From assembly GCA_964626565.1 (NCBI GenBank), contig CAZVFX010000112.1, positions 1 through 23,252 of the forward strand: 23,252 nt of DNA, written 5' to 3'. Made by a program: the position numbers and the translations under genes. Shown in pieces: positions 8,765 to 16,523 of the stretch (position 1 is the stretch's first letter; every line of letters starts with the position of its first letter). The notes beneath the pieces are model-generated. The model was not told where the DNA came from. It was given only the letters and a program-made list of their open reading frames with translations, and ran no database searches. The stretch is from an uncultured Myxococcales bacterium. GTDB taxonomy: Bacteria > Myxococcota_A > UBA9042 > CAIXZC01.

Positions 8765-9245
8765 GGTAATCGTACCCCTGGTCTGTATGGTGTTGGGGTT
8801 GGCGCTCATATTCATCGAGATCGCCATCGTGCCCGGCTTCGGGCTGGTGGGCATCGCGGGAGGCGTTCTGCTGGTCGGCGGTGCGATAGTGGTTTGGAGC
8901 ACTGCGGGAGCTGCCTGGGGATTGGCGTCTCTGCTGGTAGCCTGCCCGTTGTTCGTGGCCGCCCTCTGGATCTTTTTCAAGAGCGGCGCGTCCAACCGCC
9001 TGGTTCAGCATGAGAAGATAACCGGCGATTCGTCCGCGGTCGCGGAATTGACGTTCCTCTCCGGTCGAACGGGCGTGGCAAAGTCACCGCTTCGGCCGTC
9101 GGGCATAGCGGAAATTGAAGGCAAACGATACGATGTCGTAACCGACGGCGGCGAGTACGTCGAGAAAGGCGAGGCCGTCGTGGTTGTGCGCATCGACACA
9201 AACAGCATAGTTGTAGAGATAACTGAAATCAACGCGGAGGGTTGA
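8754..9245 (+). CDS. NfeD short form (membrane anchor plus OB-fold), YuaF/YqfB-like partner of flotillin
   Basis: Two TM helices followed by the C-terminal beta-barrel region [37 protein letters not shown] 5 nt upstream of the ATG at 8754. Overlaps the preceding stop by 11 nt, suggesting translational coupling. Confidence 0.7.
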   Translation: MLSEVIVPLVCMVLGLALIFIEIAIVPGFGLVGIAGGVLLVGGAIVVWSTAGAAWGLASLLVACPLFVAALWIFFKSGASNRLVQHEKITGDSSAVAELTFLSGRTGVAKSPLRPSGIAEIEGKRYDVVTDGGEYVEKGEAVVVVRIDTNSIVVEITEINAEG

Positions 9246-9247
9246 GA

Positions 9248-10243
9248 ATGCTTCTAGCAGCGGGTTTGTTCAAGGGTTCGATGGTCATCGGCATAGTGGT
9301 GGTCGTAGCTCTCATACTTTTCTTCTATTTTGTACCCGTGGGCCTCTGGATCGCAGCCCGCTTTTCCGGTGCGCCGGTGGGCCTCTTCGGGCTCGTCGCC
9401 ATGCGGCTGAGACGAGTTTCCCCCGCCGCGGTGGTCAACCCTCTCATCAACGCGACCAAAGCCGGGCTGGAACTCACCACCAACAACCTCGAGTCCCACT
9501 ATCTGGCGGGCGGTAACGTGGCCGCGGTCATAAATGCGCTTATCTCTGCCAGCAAGGCGAATATCAGTCTTGACTTCAACAAGGCGGCGGCCATCGACCT
9601 GGCTGGACGTGACGTATTCGAAGCGGTGCAGATGAGCGTGAATCCGCGGGTCATCACTACCCCCAAAGTAACGGCCATGGCCAAAGACGGTATCCAGCTC
9701 ACCGCGGTGGCCAGAGTTACCGTGCGGGCCAACATCGACAAGCTGGTCGGTGGTGCGGGTGAAGAGACCATCCTTGCCCGCGTCGGCGAGGGTATCGTCA
9801 CCACCATCGGTTCATCAGCCACTCACAAGGACGTACTGGAGAACCCGGACAGTATCTCAAAGGGCGTACTGCAGAAGGGGCTGGACGCGGGCACCGCATT
9901 CGAGATCCTCTCAATTGACATCGCGGACGTTGACGTGGGCGCCAACGTAGGCGCCAAGCTGCAGACCGAGCAGGCCGAAGCCGACAAGCAGATCGCCCAG
10001 GCCAAGGCAGAGAGCCGCCGGGCCATGGCAGTTGCTGCCGAGCAGGAGATGAAGGCCAAAGTGCAGGAGATGCAGGCCAAAGTGGTGGAAGCCGAAGCCC
10101 AGGTGCCGCTGGCCATGGCCGAAGCTTTCCGCCAGGGCAACCTCGGTGTCATGGACTACGCCAACTTCCGGAACGTGGTGGCGGACACCAAGATGCGGGA
10201 CGGAATCTCGCACATTACCGATGAACCCGACAACACTAAGTAG
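9248..10243 (+). CDS. floA: Flotillin-like protein FloA (SPFH/band-7 family, UPF0365/YqfA)
   Basis: Near-collinear identity to B. subtilis FloA as I remember it: [151 protein letters not shown]; ATG 2 nt after the nfeD-short stop. Confidence 0.9.
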   Translation: MLLAAGLFKGSMVIGIVVVVALILFFYFVPVGLWIAARFSGAPVGLFGLVAMRLRRVSPAAVVNPLINATKAGLELTTNNLESHYLAGGNVAAVINALISASKANISLDFNKAAAIDLAGRDVFEAVQMSVNPRVITTPKVTAMAKDGIQLTAVARVTVRANIDKLVGGAGEETILARVGEGIVTTIGSSATHKDVLENPDSISKGVLQKGLDAGTAFEILSIDIADVDVGANVGAKLQTEQAEADKQIAQAKAESRRAMAVAAEQEMKAKVQEMQAKVVEAEAQVPLAMAEAFRQGNLGVMDYANFRNVVADTKMRDGISHITDEPDNTK

Positions 10244-10409
10244 GGGAGTTTGAAAATGACCGCCAGGCGTCGGAGAGAGCCGGTCCCGGAGCGCACCGTG
10301 CAACTTGCCAGTGTGTTCCGCGACCGGCGGCGGTTCCTCTCTCGCTTTGTGTGGTCGGTGGTGTTGTCGCCGCCGTTGGCAAGACGCGGTGTAACTCGAG
10401 GAGGCCCTC

Positions 10410-11672
10410 GTGCTGCCGGAAAATAGCCTCCAGCTCATGAAGGGCTTCTGGGACCGCGCAGAAGTCATAATCGTCATTCTCATTATCGTTATTGCCGATG
10501 TTGTCTGGCCCATCATCAAGAAACGGCGCCAGAAACAACAGATGGCTCAGCAACCCATGGAGCATGTTCCCGTGGCCGAGCCGGCGCCACAGTTCGAGGC
10601 GGTAACGCCGGTCACTACCCCGGTGCGCCGCCCTACCCCGGCGAAGAAGCCGGTCCGTCAACCAGCCAAGAACAATCTCCATACCTTGACCAACGAGTTG
10701 TTCGCACCGCTGGATGCGCACCCGCAACTCTCCCGGGCCATGCGCCTGCAGGAGCTTAGCAGTCGCCTGAACCAGGCGGTGCGAGACCAGCGTTTCCCGC
10801 TTACTCTGGCCGACACCGCAATCTCGGTTTCTACTGTTCTTTGCGCCCGCGTGCCGGGCTATCGTGCCGAACTCCTCCAGGCCTCCGGAGTGGGCGCCGG
10901 CTCGGTGGAGATCTCCAGTCTCGACGATCTGGTGAACAATCCTGACGCGCTGGCCATCGGCTGCATCGATGCGCTGATACATGATGCGCTCGGTCTTACC
11001 CTGTTGGGCCCCGCTTACGCAGCCCTCCGCCTCCGCTCTCTGGTCGAGGAGGGCAAAGAGAGCGTGATGCACCTCAATCTCGCCCGCGGCGGCTCCATCG
11101 CACTTGAGCCCCCCGCGGTACTCCTGAAATCGGTCTACACCGACACGCTCAGGAGTCTGGGATACAAGGCTAATCTGCCTGAACTCAAGACCCGCACAGG
11201 CTACGTTCCGGAGCCTCAGCAGTTCACTCTGCTCATCGGCGGAATCGGACGGCAGATCAATTTGCCCGTCCCCCTCCATCCAGCCCAGGTTGCCCTGGCC
11301 GGCGTCATGAGCAAGCTCGTGACCAGTCGACTCGAAGTTCTGGACAACGTTTCCTTCGAGAAGGCAGCGCTGAATGCGGGCCTTCAAATCCGCTACGAGC
11401 GGGCGAGCAGGCTGCGCAGGGAACTTGAGAAAGGCGCGGTTCCCTCGCGTCTGGACGTCGAACACCTGCTGGTACTGGCGGATATCGCAGCCGACAACGG
11501 AATGGCCGCGTATCAGGAGGCGTTGGCCACTATGGTGTCCCGGGCTCGCAAAGCGAGACGAAGAACCGTCGCACCGCAACAGGGCGGACTTCTCCCCATG
11601 ACCCCTGGCGCAGTCGTGGAGGGCCTCATTCTTGCGGAAGTGATGCAAAGAAAGTCCGGCCGGCCAGTTTGA
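10410..11672 (+). CDS. Hypothetical membrane-anchored protein (N-terminal TM, Pro-rich linker, about 300-aa helical domain), co-operonic with floA and alr
   Basis: GAGGAGG RBS 5 nt upstream of the GTG start. GC3-rich codon usage on the + strand, whereas the overlapping - strand 470-aa ORF is R/H/G/Q-rich antisense junk. TM helix AEVIIVILIIVIADVVWPII followed by KKRRQKQQ. I recognised no catalytic motif. Confidence 0.6.
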   Translation: MLPENSLQLMKGFWDRAEVIIVILIIVIADVVWPIIKKRRQKQQMAQQPMEHVPVAEPAPQFEAVTPVTTPVRRPTPAKKPVRQPAKNNLHTLTNELFAPLDAHPQLSRAMRLQELSSRLNQAVRDQRFPLTLADTAISVSTVLCARVPGYRAELLQASGVGAGSVEISSLDDLVNNPDALAIGCIDALIHDALGLTLLGPAYAALRLRSLVEEGKESVMHLNLARGGSIALEPPAVLLKSVYTDTLRSLGYKANLPELKTRTGYVPEPQQFTLLIGGIGRQINLPVPLHPAQVALAGVMSKLVTSRLEVLDNVSFEKAALNAGLQIRYERASRLRRELEKGAVPSRLDVEHLLVLADIAADNGMAAYQEALATMVSRARKARRRTVAPQQGGLLPMTPGAVVEGLILAEVMQRKSGRPV

Positions 11673-11683
11673 AGGTGTAGATA

Positions 11684-12820
11684 ATGGACCTCACGTGGGT
11701 AGAGATCTCCCGCCAGAGCCTGGCGCACAACATGAACCAGTTCAGAACCCTTGCGCCCAAGTCGCTGCTGGCCCCTGTCGTCAAGGCCAATGCGTACGGC
11801 CACGGCCTGGTTCCCGTGGCCCGGATCTTATGTGATGAGGGTGCGGATTGGCTATGCGTCAACGCGGTCTACGAAGCCGAGATACTACGCCGGGAAGGAA
11901 TCTCTCTACCGCTCTACCTGCTAGGCTATCTTGCGCCGGGCGACTACGAAGCCGCGGTCGAACTGGGGCTGAAAGTGGTCGCCTATGACCCTGATACGAT
12001 CCATGGACTCGGGAAAGCCGCGGCCGCCAGGGGCGCGACGGTGCCGGTCCACGTGAAAGTTGAAACCGGAAACAACCGGCAAGGTCTGCCGCCGGAGCAA
12101 GCGGTACAGCTCGCCCGGCTCATCGCGACCACTCCGGGAGTCGAATTCGAGGGGCTATCCAGTCACTATGCCGATATTGAAGACACCACCGACCACGCGT
12201 TCGCAAAGGGCCAGCTAGAAGTGTTTCTGAACACCGTCGCCACCCTGGAGCAGCAAGGCGTTCCGGCCAGGGTGAAGAACTTCAGCAATAGCGCGGCCGC
12301 CATCCTCTGGGCCGAGACCCACTTTGACCTCGTACGCGCAGGCATTTCCCTATATGGAATGTGGCCGTCGAAGGAGACGTGCGTGAGCGCGGTCCTGCTC
12401 AACCGGGAGAAGCCGGTGTTGGAACCGGTACTCACGTGGAAGACGGTGGTAGCCCAGGTGAAACAGGTGGCCGCGGGTGAGTTCGTGGGCTACGGCCGCA
12501 CCTTCCGCACGACTCACACCACCCGCCTAGCGGTGCTGCCTATCGGCTACTACGACGGCTACGACCGGGGACTCAGCAACCTCGGGCATGTGCTCATAGA
12601 CGGCCATATCGCGCCGGTGAGAGGACGCGTGTGTATGAATATGGTGATGGTGGACGTATCCGACGTTCCCTCGGTGGAAGCGGGCCGGGAGGTGGTGCTC
12701 CTGGGCCAGAGCCTCGACAAGGCTGTTACCGCGGAGAATATTGCGGATTGGAGCAACACCATCAACTACGAAGTGACCACCCGCATCAACGAGCGCATCC
12801 CCCGCCGGATAGTAGACTAG
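11684..12820 (+). CDS. alr: Alanine racemase
   Basis: PLP-lysine motif VVKANAYGHG near the N-terminus. Length 378 aa. The C-terminal domain ends ...YEVTTRINERIPRR, typical of Alr. GAAGGTG RBS. Confidence 0.9.
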   Translation: MDLTWVEISRQSLAHNMNQFRTLAPKSLLAPVVKANAYGHGLVPVARILCDEGADWLCVNAVYEAEILRREGISLPLYLLGYLAPGDYEAAVELGLKVVAYDPDTIHGLGKAAAARGATVPVHVKVETGNNRQGLPPEQAVQLARLIATTPGVEFEGLSSHYADIEDTTDHAFAKGQLEVFLNTVATLEQQGVPARVKNFSNSAAAILWAETHFDLVRAGISLYGMWPSKETCVSAVLLNREKPVLEPVLTWKTVVAQVKQVAAGEFVGYGRTFRTTHTTRLAVLPIGYYDGYDRGLSNLGHVLIDGHIAPVRGRVCMNMVMVDVSDVPSVEAGREVVLLGQSLDKAVTAENIADWSNTINYEVTTRINERIPRRIVD

Positions 12821-12852
12821 AGAGACGAACGGGCCGCCTCCCCCGGCTGCAC

Positions 12853-12880
12853 TTGACTGTGGCACCCGCATGCCTATCTT
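12853..12880 (+). promoter_or_regulatory. Candidate promoter for the Cys-rich repeat/redoxin gene (-35 TTGACT, 16 nt spacer, -10 TATCTT)
   Basis: TTGACT gtggcacccgcatgcc TATCTT, about 30 nt upstream of the ATG at 12912. Confidence 0.3.
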
Positions 12881-12911
12881 TGTCACAGTAACCTGGATTG
12901 GGAGCATTATT

Positions 12912-14528
12912 ATGAAATCGCAGAAACTCAGAGTACCTCTTCTCGCTTTCGCCCTGCTGGTCAGCGCCGGCTGTTCCGGCACCGGTTCCGACAAAGACGT
13001 TTCGGCGACGCCTGATATGGCGGAAGAGCTGGGCGGTGGCGAGGACCTGGCGTCAACGGACACCCTGGACTCCACCGAACAGGACATGGCGCCGGCGCCT
13101 GATCTGACTGCGGATGTCGCCGACGTACCTGCTCCGGACCTGCTCGATGAGGAGTTGCCCCCGGAAATAGTCCCGGCCGAGGTGCTGGAGGAAATTGAAG
13201 AGACCGCGCCAGAGCTACCGTGCGACGAAACCTGCACCGAATGCGGCGTCGCCAACGGATGCGGCGACATCTGTTTCGGCGATGACCTGTGCGACGATGA
13301 TAACCTCTGCACCACCGACTCCTGCCAACCCGATGAAGGGTGCGTCTTTGCCGCCAACACCATCCCCTGCAATGACGGTGACGCTTGTACCTCAAGCGAC
13401 ACATGCGCCGACGGCGAGTGTGTCGGGGCCTCCCTTGATTGCGACGACGGCAACCCGTGTACCGACGATTCCTGCGATGCTGACTCAGGCTGCGTCTTCG
13501 AGAACAACACGGAACCGTGCGACGACAACAGCGATTGCACTATGGAGGACGTTTGCGATGCCGGAGAATGCATGGGCGCGGGCAGCCTTGAATGTGATGA
13601 CGCCAACCCGTGCACCGTTGACGTCTGTCTGGACGACGGTGGCTGCGAATACGAGCCCGTCGACGGGCCGTGCAGCGATGACGACGTCTGCACCGCCGGC
13701 GACCTCTGCCTGGCGGGCGAATGCGTGCCGGGCGAGCCGGTAGTCTGCAGCGACGACAACCCGTGCACCACCGATTCTTGCGCCCCGGACGCAGGCTGCG
13801 TTTTCACAAACAACGACTCCGCGTGCAGCGATGCCAACCCGTGCACACTGGCCGACGCCTGCCTGGACGGCGCGTGCGTCGGCGAGCCGGTTGAGTGCGC
13901 CCCGGGCGAATACTGCCTCGACGGCGCTTGTGTCTGCGCAGACCCCTGCGGCGAAGCAGAGTGCGGCGAGGACGCGTGTGGGAGTTCTTGCGGTGTGTGC
14001 GGAGATGGACTCGCTTGCGTCGATGGGACGTGCGTTGAGGCCGGCCCCGAATGCCCGCCGCCGCCACCGTACGGTACGAGTATCGGCAAGACTCTCCCCA
14101 ACGCAACGCTCCTCGATTGCGACGGAGTTGAGTACTCCATCCACGATCTCTGCCCCTCCAAAGCGGCGTGGATATTTCTGTATACAGGATGGTGATATAG
14201 CTGCAAGATGACCGTCAGTTCGACGGCCGAGCCTGTATATCAGAACTACAAGGACCAGGGATTCCAAGCGTACATCGTGCTGCTGGAGGACGCCACCGGC
14301 GCACCGGCAACCGCAGAATTGTGTACAGCCATCCGTGATCAGAACGGGCTCACCATGCCGGTTCTCTACGATCCCGACGCAGTTATACCCTACAACCTCA
14401 ACCTCGTCGGCGGTCCCGCAAACGACTACAGCATCATGATCGATGAGGGAGGAGTGCTGGAAGGCAAGAAGAAGGGACTAAGCAAGTCGATGCTGGAAAT
14501 GGAGATTGAAATGCTGCTCTCCGATTGA
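12912..14528 (+). CDS. Candidate selenoprotein. Lipoprotein with an acidic linker, four ~50-aa Cys-rich repeats and a C-terminal TlpA/ResA-like thioredoxin-fold domain, translated through the in-frame TGA at 14193-14195 as Sec (active site W-U-Y-S-C)
   Basis: ORFs 12870..14195 and 14208..14528 are in the same frame, separated only by the TGA. The junction reads ...GKTLPNATLLDCDGVEYSIHDLCPSKAAWIFLYTGW-[TGA]-YSCKMTVSS..YQNYKDQGFQAYIVLL..GLTMPVLYDPD..YNL..GPANDYSIMIDEGGVLEGKKKG. This is collinear with the TlpA/ResA/DsbE redoxin fold (G.P.F.L.D..G..v.L.D.KGK.v.lNFWA.WC.PC....P.L...Y..Y...G...v.v.......fv...g..fPvl.D.......Yg....P..flID..G.i), so the TGA falls exactly on the first Cys of the CxxC active site. 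The upstream part alone would lack the second Cys and the downstream part alone would lack the active site. The real start is probably the ATG at 12912 (MKSQKLRVPLLAFALLVSAGC, lipobox) rather than 12870. Confidence 0.55.
14194..14241 (+). promoter_or_regulatory. Bacterial SECIS-like imperfect hairpin immediately 3' of the in-frame UGA
   Basis: Base pairs read by eye. Outer stem 14194-14199 GAUAUA with 14236-14241 UAUAUC; this includes the G and A of the UGA. 14200G-14233C, 14203G-14232C, 14204C-14231G, 14209U-14229G (wobble), 14210G-14228C. Apical stem 14212-14216 CCGUC with 14222-14226 GACGG. Apical loop AGUUC at 14217-14221, which is +24 to +28 from the U of the UGA, and contains a GU. Confidence 0.35.
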
Positions 14529-14544
14529 CATCGCCCTTCCATCC

Positions 14545-14572
14545 TTGATCCAATCAGCCCAGCCTCTATAAT
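14545..14572 (+). promoter_or_regulatory. Strong sigma70-like promoter candidate for the FloT-like flotillin gene (-35 TTGATC, 16 nt spacer, -10 TATAAT)
   Basis: TTGATC caatcagcccagcctc TATAAT, 35 nt upstream of GGAGG-N6-ATG at 14608. An additional TTGACA at 14525-14530 overlaps the redoxin stop codon. Confidence 0.45.
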
Positions 14573-14607
14573 GCCTCCGAACGCATCGCCCACACCGGAG
14601 GTCAACG

Positions 14608-16455
14608 ATGTTTCAAATCCTGCTAGCCATAGTCTTCACCGTGTTTGCTTTTGTGTTGCCCAGCTACGTTCCCCGCTCCCTCCAGAGTGCGGGCACTTCC
14701 TGGGGAATCAGAATTGTCGGCCTGCTGCTGGCCCTCTTCATGATTGTGTCTACCAGTTTCGTCATCGTTGATTCGGACAAGGTCGGTCACCTCAAGCGGG
14801 TGTACTTCGGCGATCCCATGCCTGCTGGACGCATCGTGGCAGTGAGGGGAGAAAAAGGTCCCCAGGCAGAGGTGCTGGCGCCGGGGTTCCATTTTCGGCC
14901 GCTCATTCGGGTGCTTTACAAGTTCGAGGAGAAGCCGGTTGTAAAGGTGCCCGAGGGATCCTACGCCATAGTAACCGCACTGGATGGCAGGCCGCTCAGA
15001 GCAGGTCAATACCTGGCAGACCCCTGGCCCGAGGACGAGGTGGAAAGATATGTGGACGCACTCTACTTCATGGGTGAGGGACAGGAACAGGCCCGCGGCC
15101 AGAAAGGCCCCCAACTTACCGTGCTGCCTCCCGGAGACTACCGCTTGAACCGCTATCTTTTCGCCATTGATCTCGACCACCAGGCCGTGGACATCCCCAT
15201 CGGTTTCGTCGGGGTCGTCAAGAGCAACGTGGGCGAGGAGTACGCGGGCGAGTCGATTGTCCCCGATTCCATCGTCGAAGCCTTCCACAAGGCTTCCAGG
15301 CTGCAGGCTCGCAAGGCCAAGCGGGATGGCATCGATCTGGCCCTGCTCACCAAGGAGGAGGCAAGACAGTTGGCGCTGGAGGCACTGTCCGTCCCCCTCG
15401 TCCCCAGAGGCAACCGGGGAGTGTGGACTGCGGTGCTCACTCCCGGAAGGTACTACTTCAACGAAAAGGCGTACCAGGTGACCCATGTGGACACACGTAT
15501 CCAGACCTGGCCCTACATCGGCGGATTCAAGCGCCGATGGGTCGACCTGGAGTTGAAGGAAGACGGCTCAGTCGTGCAGACTGCGAGAGAAGAAGAGGTC
15601 CCGGTAATGGAGCAGGCGGCAGACACCGCCGTGGTTTGTCGAGTCGAAGGCTGGGACGTGTTTCTCGATTCCCGGGTGCTGGTACAGGTTACCCCGGAGA
15701 ACGCGCCTTACGTTGTCGCGTCCGTGGGCGGCATTCGCAACGTCGAGGACAAGATCATCACTCCCGCCTATCGCAGCGTGCTGAGAAATGTCGTCAGCGA
15801 CAAGGAGCGCAAGGTGCTGGAGCTACTCTACCAGCGGGACATGCTTGAGAGACTGGTGGAAGAAGCGATCATTCCGGAAGGCCTGAAGGCAGGCGTCATC
15901 ATTCGGGAGATCCGGTTCGGTGACCCGGTGGTTCCCCCTGAACTCCTGGTACCGGGTAAGCGCAAGCAACTCGCCGAGCAGATGGAGGAGACCTTCACCA
16001 AGGAAAAGGAATCCCAGCTCAAGCGTATCGAGACGGAAAAAGCCCGGGCCGAAGCGAACCGGCAGGATGAGCTGATGAAGGCCGAAATTCGCCGCAAAGC
16101 GGCCTCGGAGATCAAGGAAGAGCAGAAGCTGCTCGGAGAAGGTGAGAAATTGAAACTCCAGGCCATTGCGGAAGGACAGAAGGCCCAGATGGACGTTCTT
16201 GGTCAGCAAAAGACCTACGAATTGGCCAGACTGAAAATGGTTCTGGAATCAGCGGTCCGCAATCCCAACATTGTACGAGTGCCCAGCGTTCTGGTGAGCA
16301 GCGACGGAAGCGGCCTGGAAGGCGCCGCGGCAATTCTGGGGGCGAGCAACCTCACTTTCGGACTGCAGGAGCTTGACTCAACTCCGGCCTCGGCACCAAC
16401 CGGCGCGCCCGCACTCAGGCCTACTCCTGTTCCCGCCCCCGCCCTCGCACCGTAG
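14608..16455 (+). CDS. Flotillin/YqiK-family SPFH-domain membrane protein (FloT-like), 615 aa
   Basis: Two N-terminal TM helices. SPFH-type start VIVDSDKVGHLKRVYFG...APGFHFRPLIRVL. Downstream SPFH helices, then a charged coiled-coil region rich in EA/K/Q repeats (KEKESQLKRIETEKARAEANRQDELMKAEIRRKAASEIKEEQKLLGEGEKLKLQAIAEGQKAQ). A terminal NPNIVRVPSVLVSSDGSG box resembles the flotillin C-terminal ...ITVVDTGGSG box. C-terminal Pro/Ala tail. Confidence 0.65.
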   Translation: MFQILLAIVFTVFAFVLPSYVPRSLQSAGTSWGIRIVGLLLALFMIVSTSFVIVDSDKVGHLKRVYFGDPMPAGRIVAVRGEKGPQAEVLAPGFHFRPLIRVLYKFEEKPVVKVPEGSYAIVTALDGRPLRAGQYLADPWPEDEVERYVDALYFMGEGQEQARGQKGPQLTVLPPGDYRLNRYLFAIDLDHQAVDIPIGFVGVVKSNVGEEYAGESIVPDSIVEAFHKASRLQARKAKRDGIDLALLTKEEARQLALEALSVPLVPRGNRGVWTAVLTPGRYYFNEKAYQVTHVDTRIQTWPYIGGFKRRWVDLELKEDGSVVQTAREEEVPVMEQAADTAVVCRVEGWDVFLDSRVLVQVTPENAPYVVASVGGIRNVEDKIITPAYRSVLRNVVSDKERKVLELLYQRDMLERLVEEAIIPEGLKAGVIIREIRFGDPVVPPELLVPGKRKQLAEQMEETFTKEKESQLKRIETEKARAEANRQDELMKAEIRRKAASEIKEEQKLLGEGEKLKLQAIAEGQKAQMDVLGQQKTYELARLKMVLESAVRNPNIVRVPSVLVSSDGSGLEGAAAILGASNLTFGLQELDSTPASAPTGAPALRPTPVPAPALAP

Positions 16456-16498
16456 CAACCCCCTCTGTCATCCTGAGCATCGTCGAACGGGGTGACAT

Positions 16499-16523
16499 TT
16501 GCTGATTGCTGATTGCTGATTGC
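16499..16523. repeat. Tandem heptamer (TTGCTGA) x3 plus partial TTGC, in the 71-nt gap between convergent genes
   Basis: tttgctgattgctgattgctgattgccgg, read directly. It starts 3 nt beyond the PP2C stop codon; on the - strand it reads UCAGCAA x3. Confidence 0.85.

Noticed and set aside
10256-10426. 56-aa Arg-rich small ORF with GGGGAG-N7-ATG in the floA-downstream spacer
   Set aside because: It overlaps the GTG start of the 420-aa gene out of frame. Its composition is mostly Arg/Pro/Val from GC-rich sequence. It is probably a fortuitous RBS-like sequence, but could be checked by Ribo-seq.
10236-11648. 470-aa - strand ORF overlapping the 420-aa + strand hypothetical gene
   Set aside because: R/H/G/Q-rich composition typical of antisense frames in high-GC DNA. 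The + strand frame has GC3-rich codons, a GAGGAGG RBS, a TM helix, and fits the operon direction.
13290-14060. Cys-rich repeats as a DNA-level mobile or recent tandem duplication element
   Set aside because: Units are only about 70-75% identical at the nucleotide level and stay in frame as protein modules. I found no flanking direct or inverted repeats and no transposase.
14193-14195. Genome-wide UGA reassignment (Trp or Gly codes) as an explanation for the in-frame TGA
   Set aside because: TGA is used as the terminator for several well-delimited genes in this window (DUF1015, nfeD-long, nfeD-short, the redoxin fusion itself at 14526-14528), and GC content is high. Site-specific Sec recoding or a point error are the realistic alternatives.
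12527-14206. 559-aa - strand ORF (Ser/His/Gln/Pro-rich) fully antisense to the Cys-rich repeat gene
   Set aside because: It is the mirror image of GAC/TGC/GGC-rich codons, with low-complexity composition, no start context and no motifs. The + strand product has a signal peptide, repeats and a redoxin domain.
14208-14528. Treating the 106-aa ORF as an independent small protein starting at ATG 14208
   Set aside because: It is in frame with the upstream gene across a single TGA. Alone it would be a redoxin fold missing its first strand and the whole active site. No RBS precedes ATG 14208.
16499-16523. Heptamer repeats as a CRISPR array or phase-variable coding repeat
   Set aside because: Units are 7 bp with no spacers and lie in non-coding 3' intergenic DNA. 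I saw no CRISPR-like repeat-spacer structure anywhere in the window.
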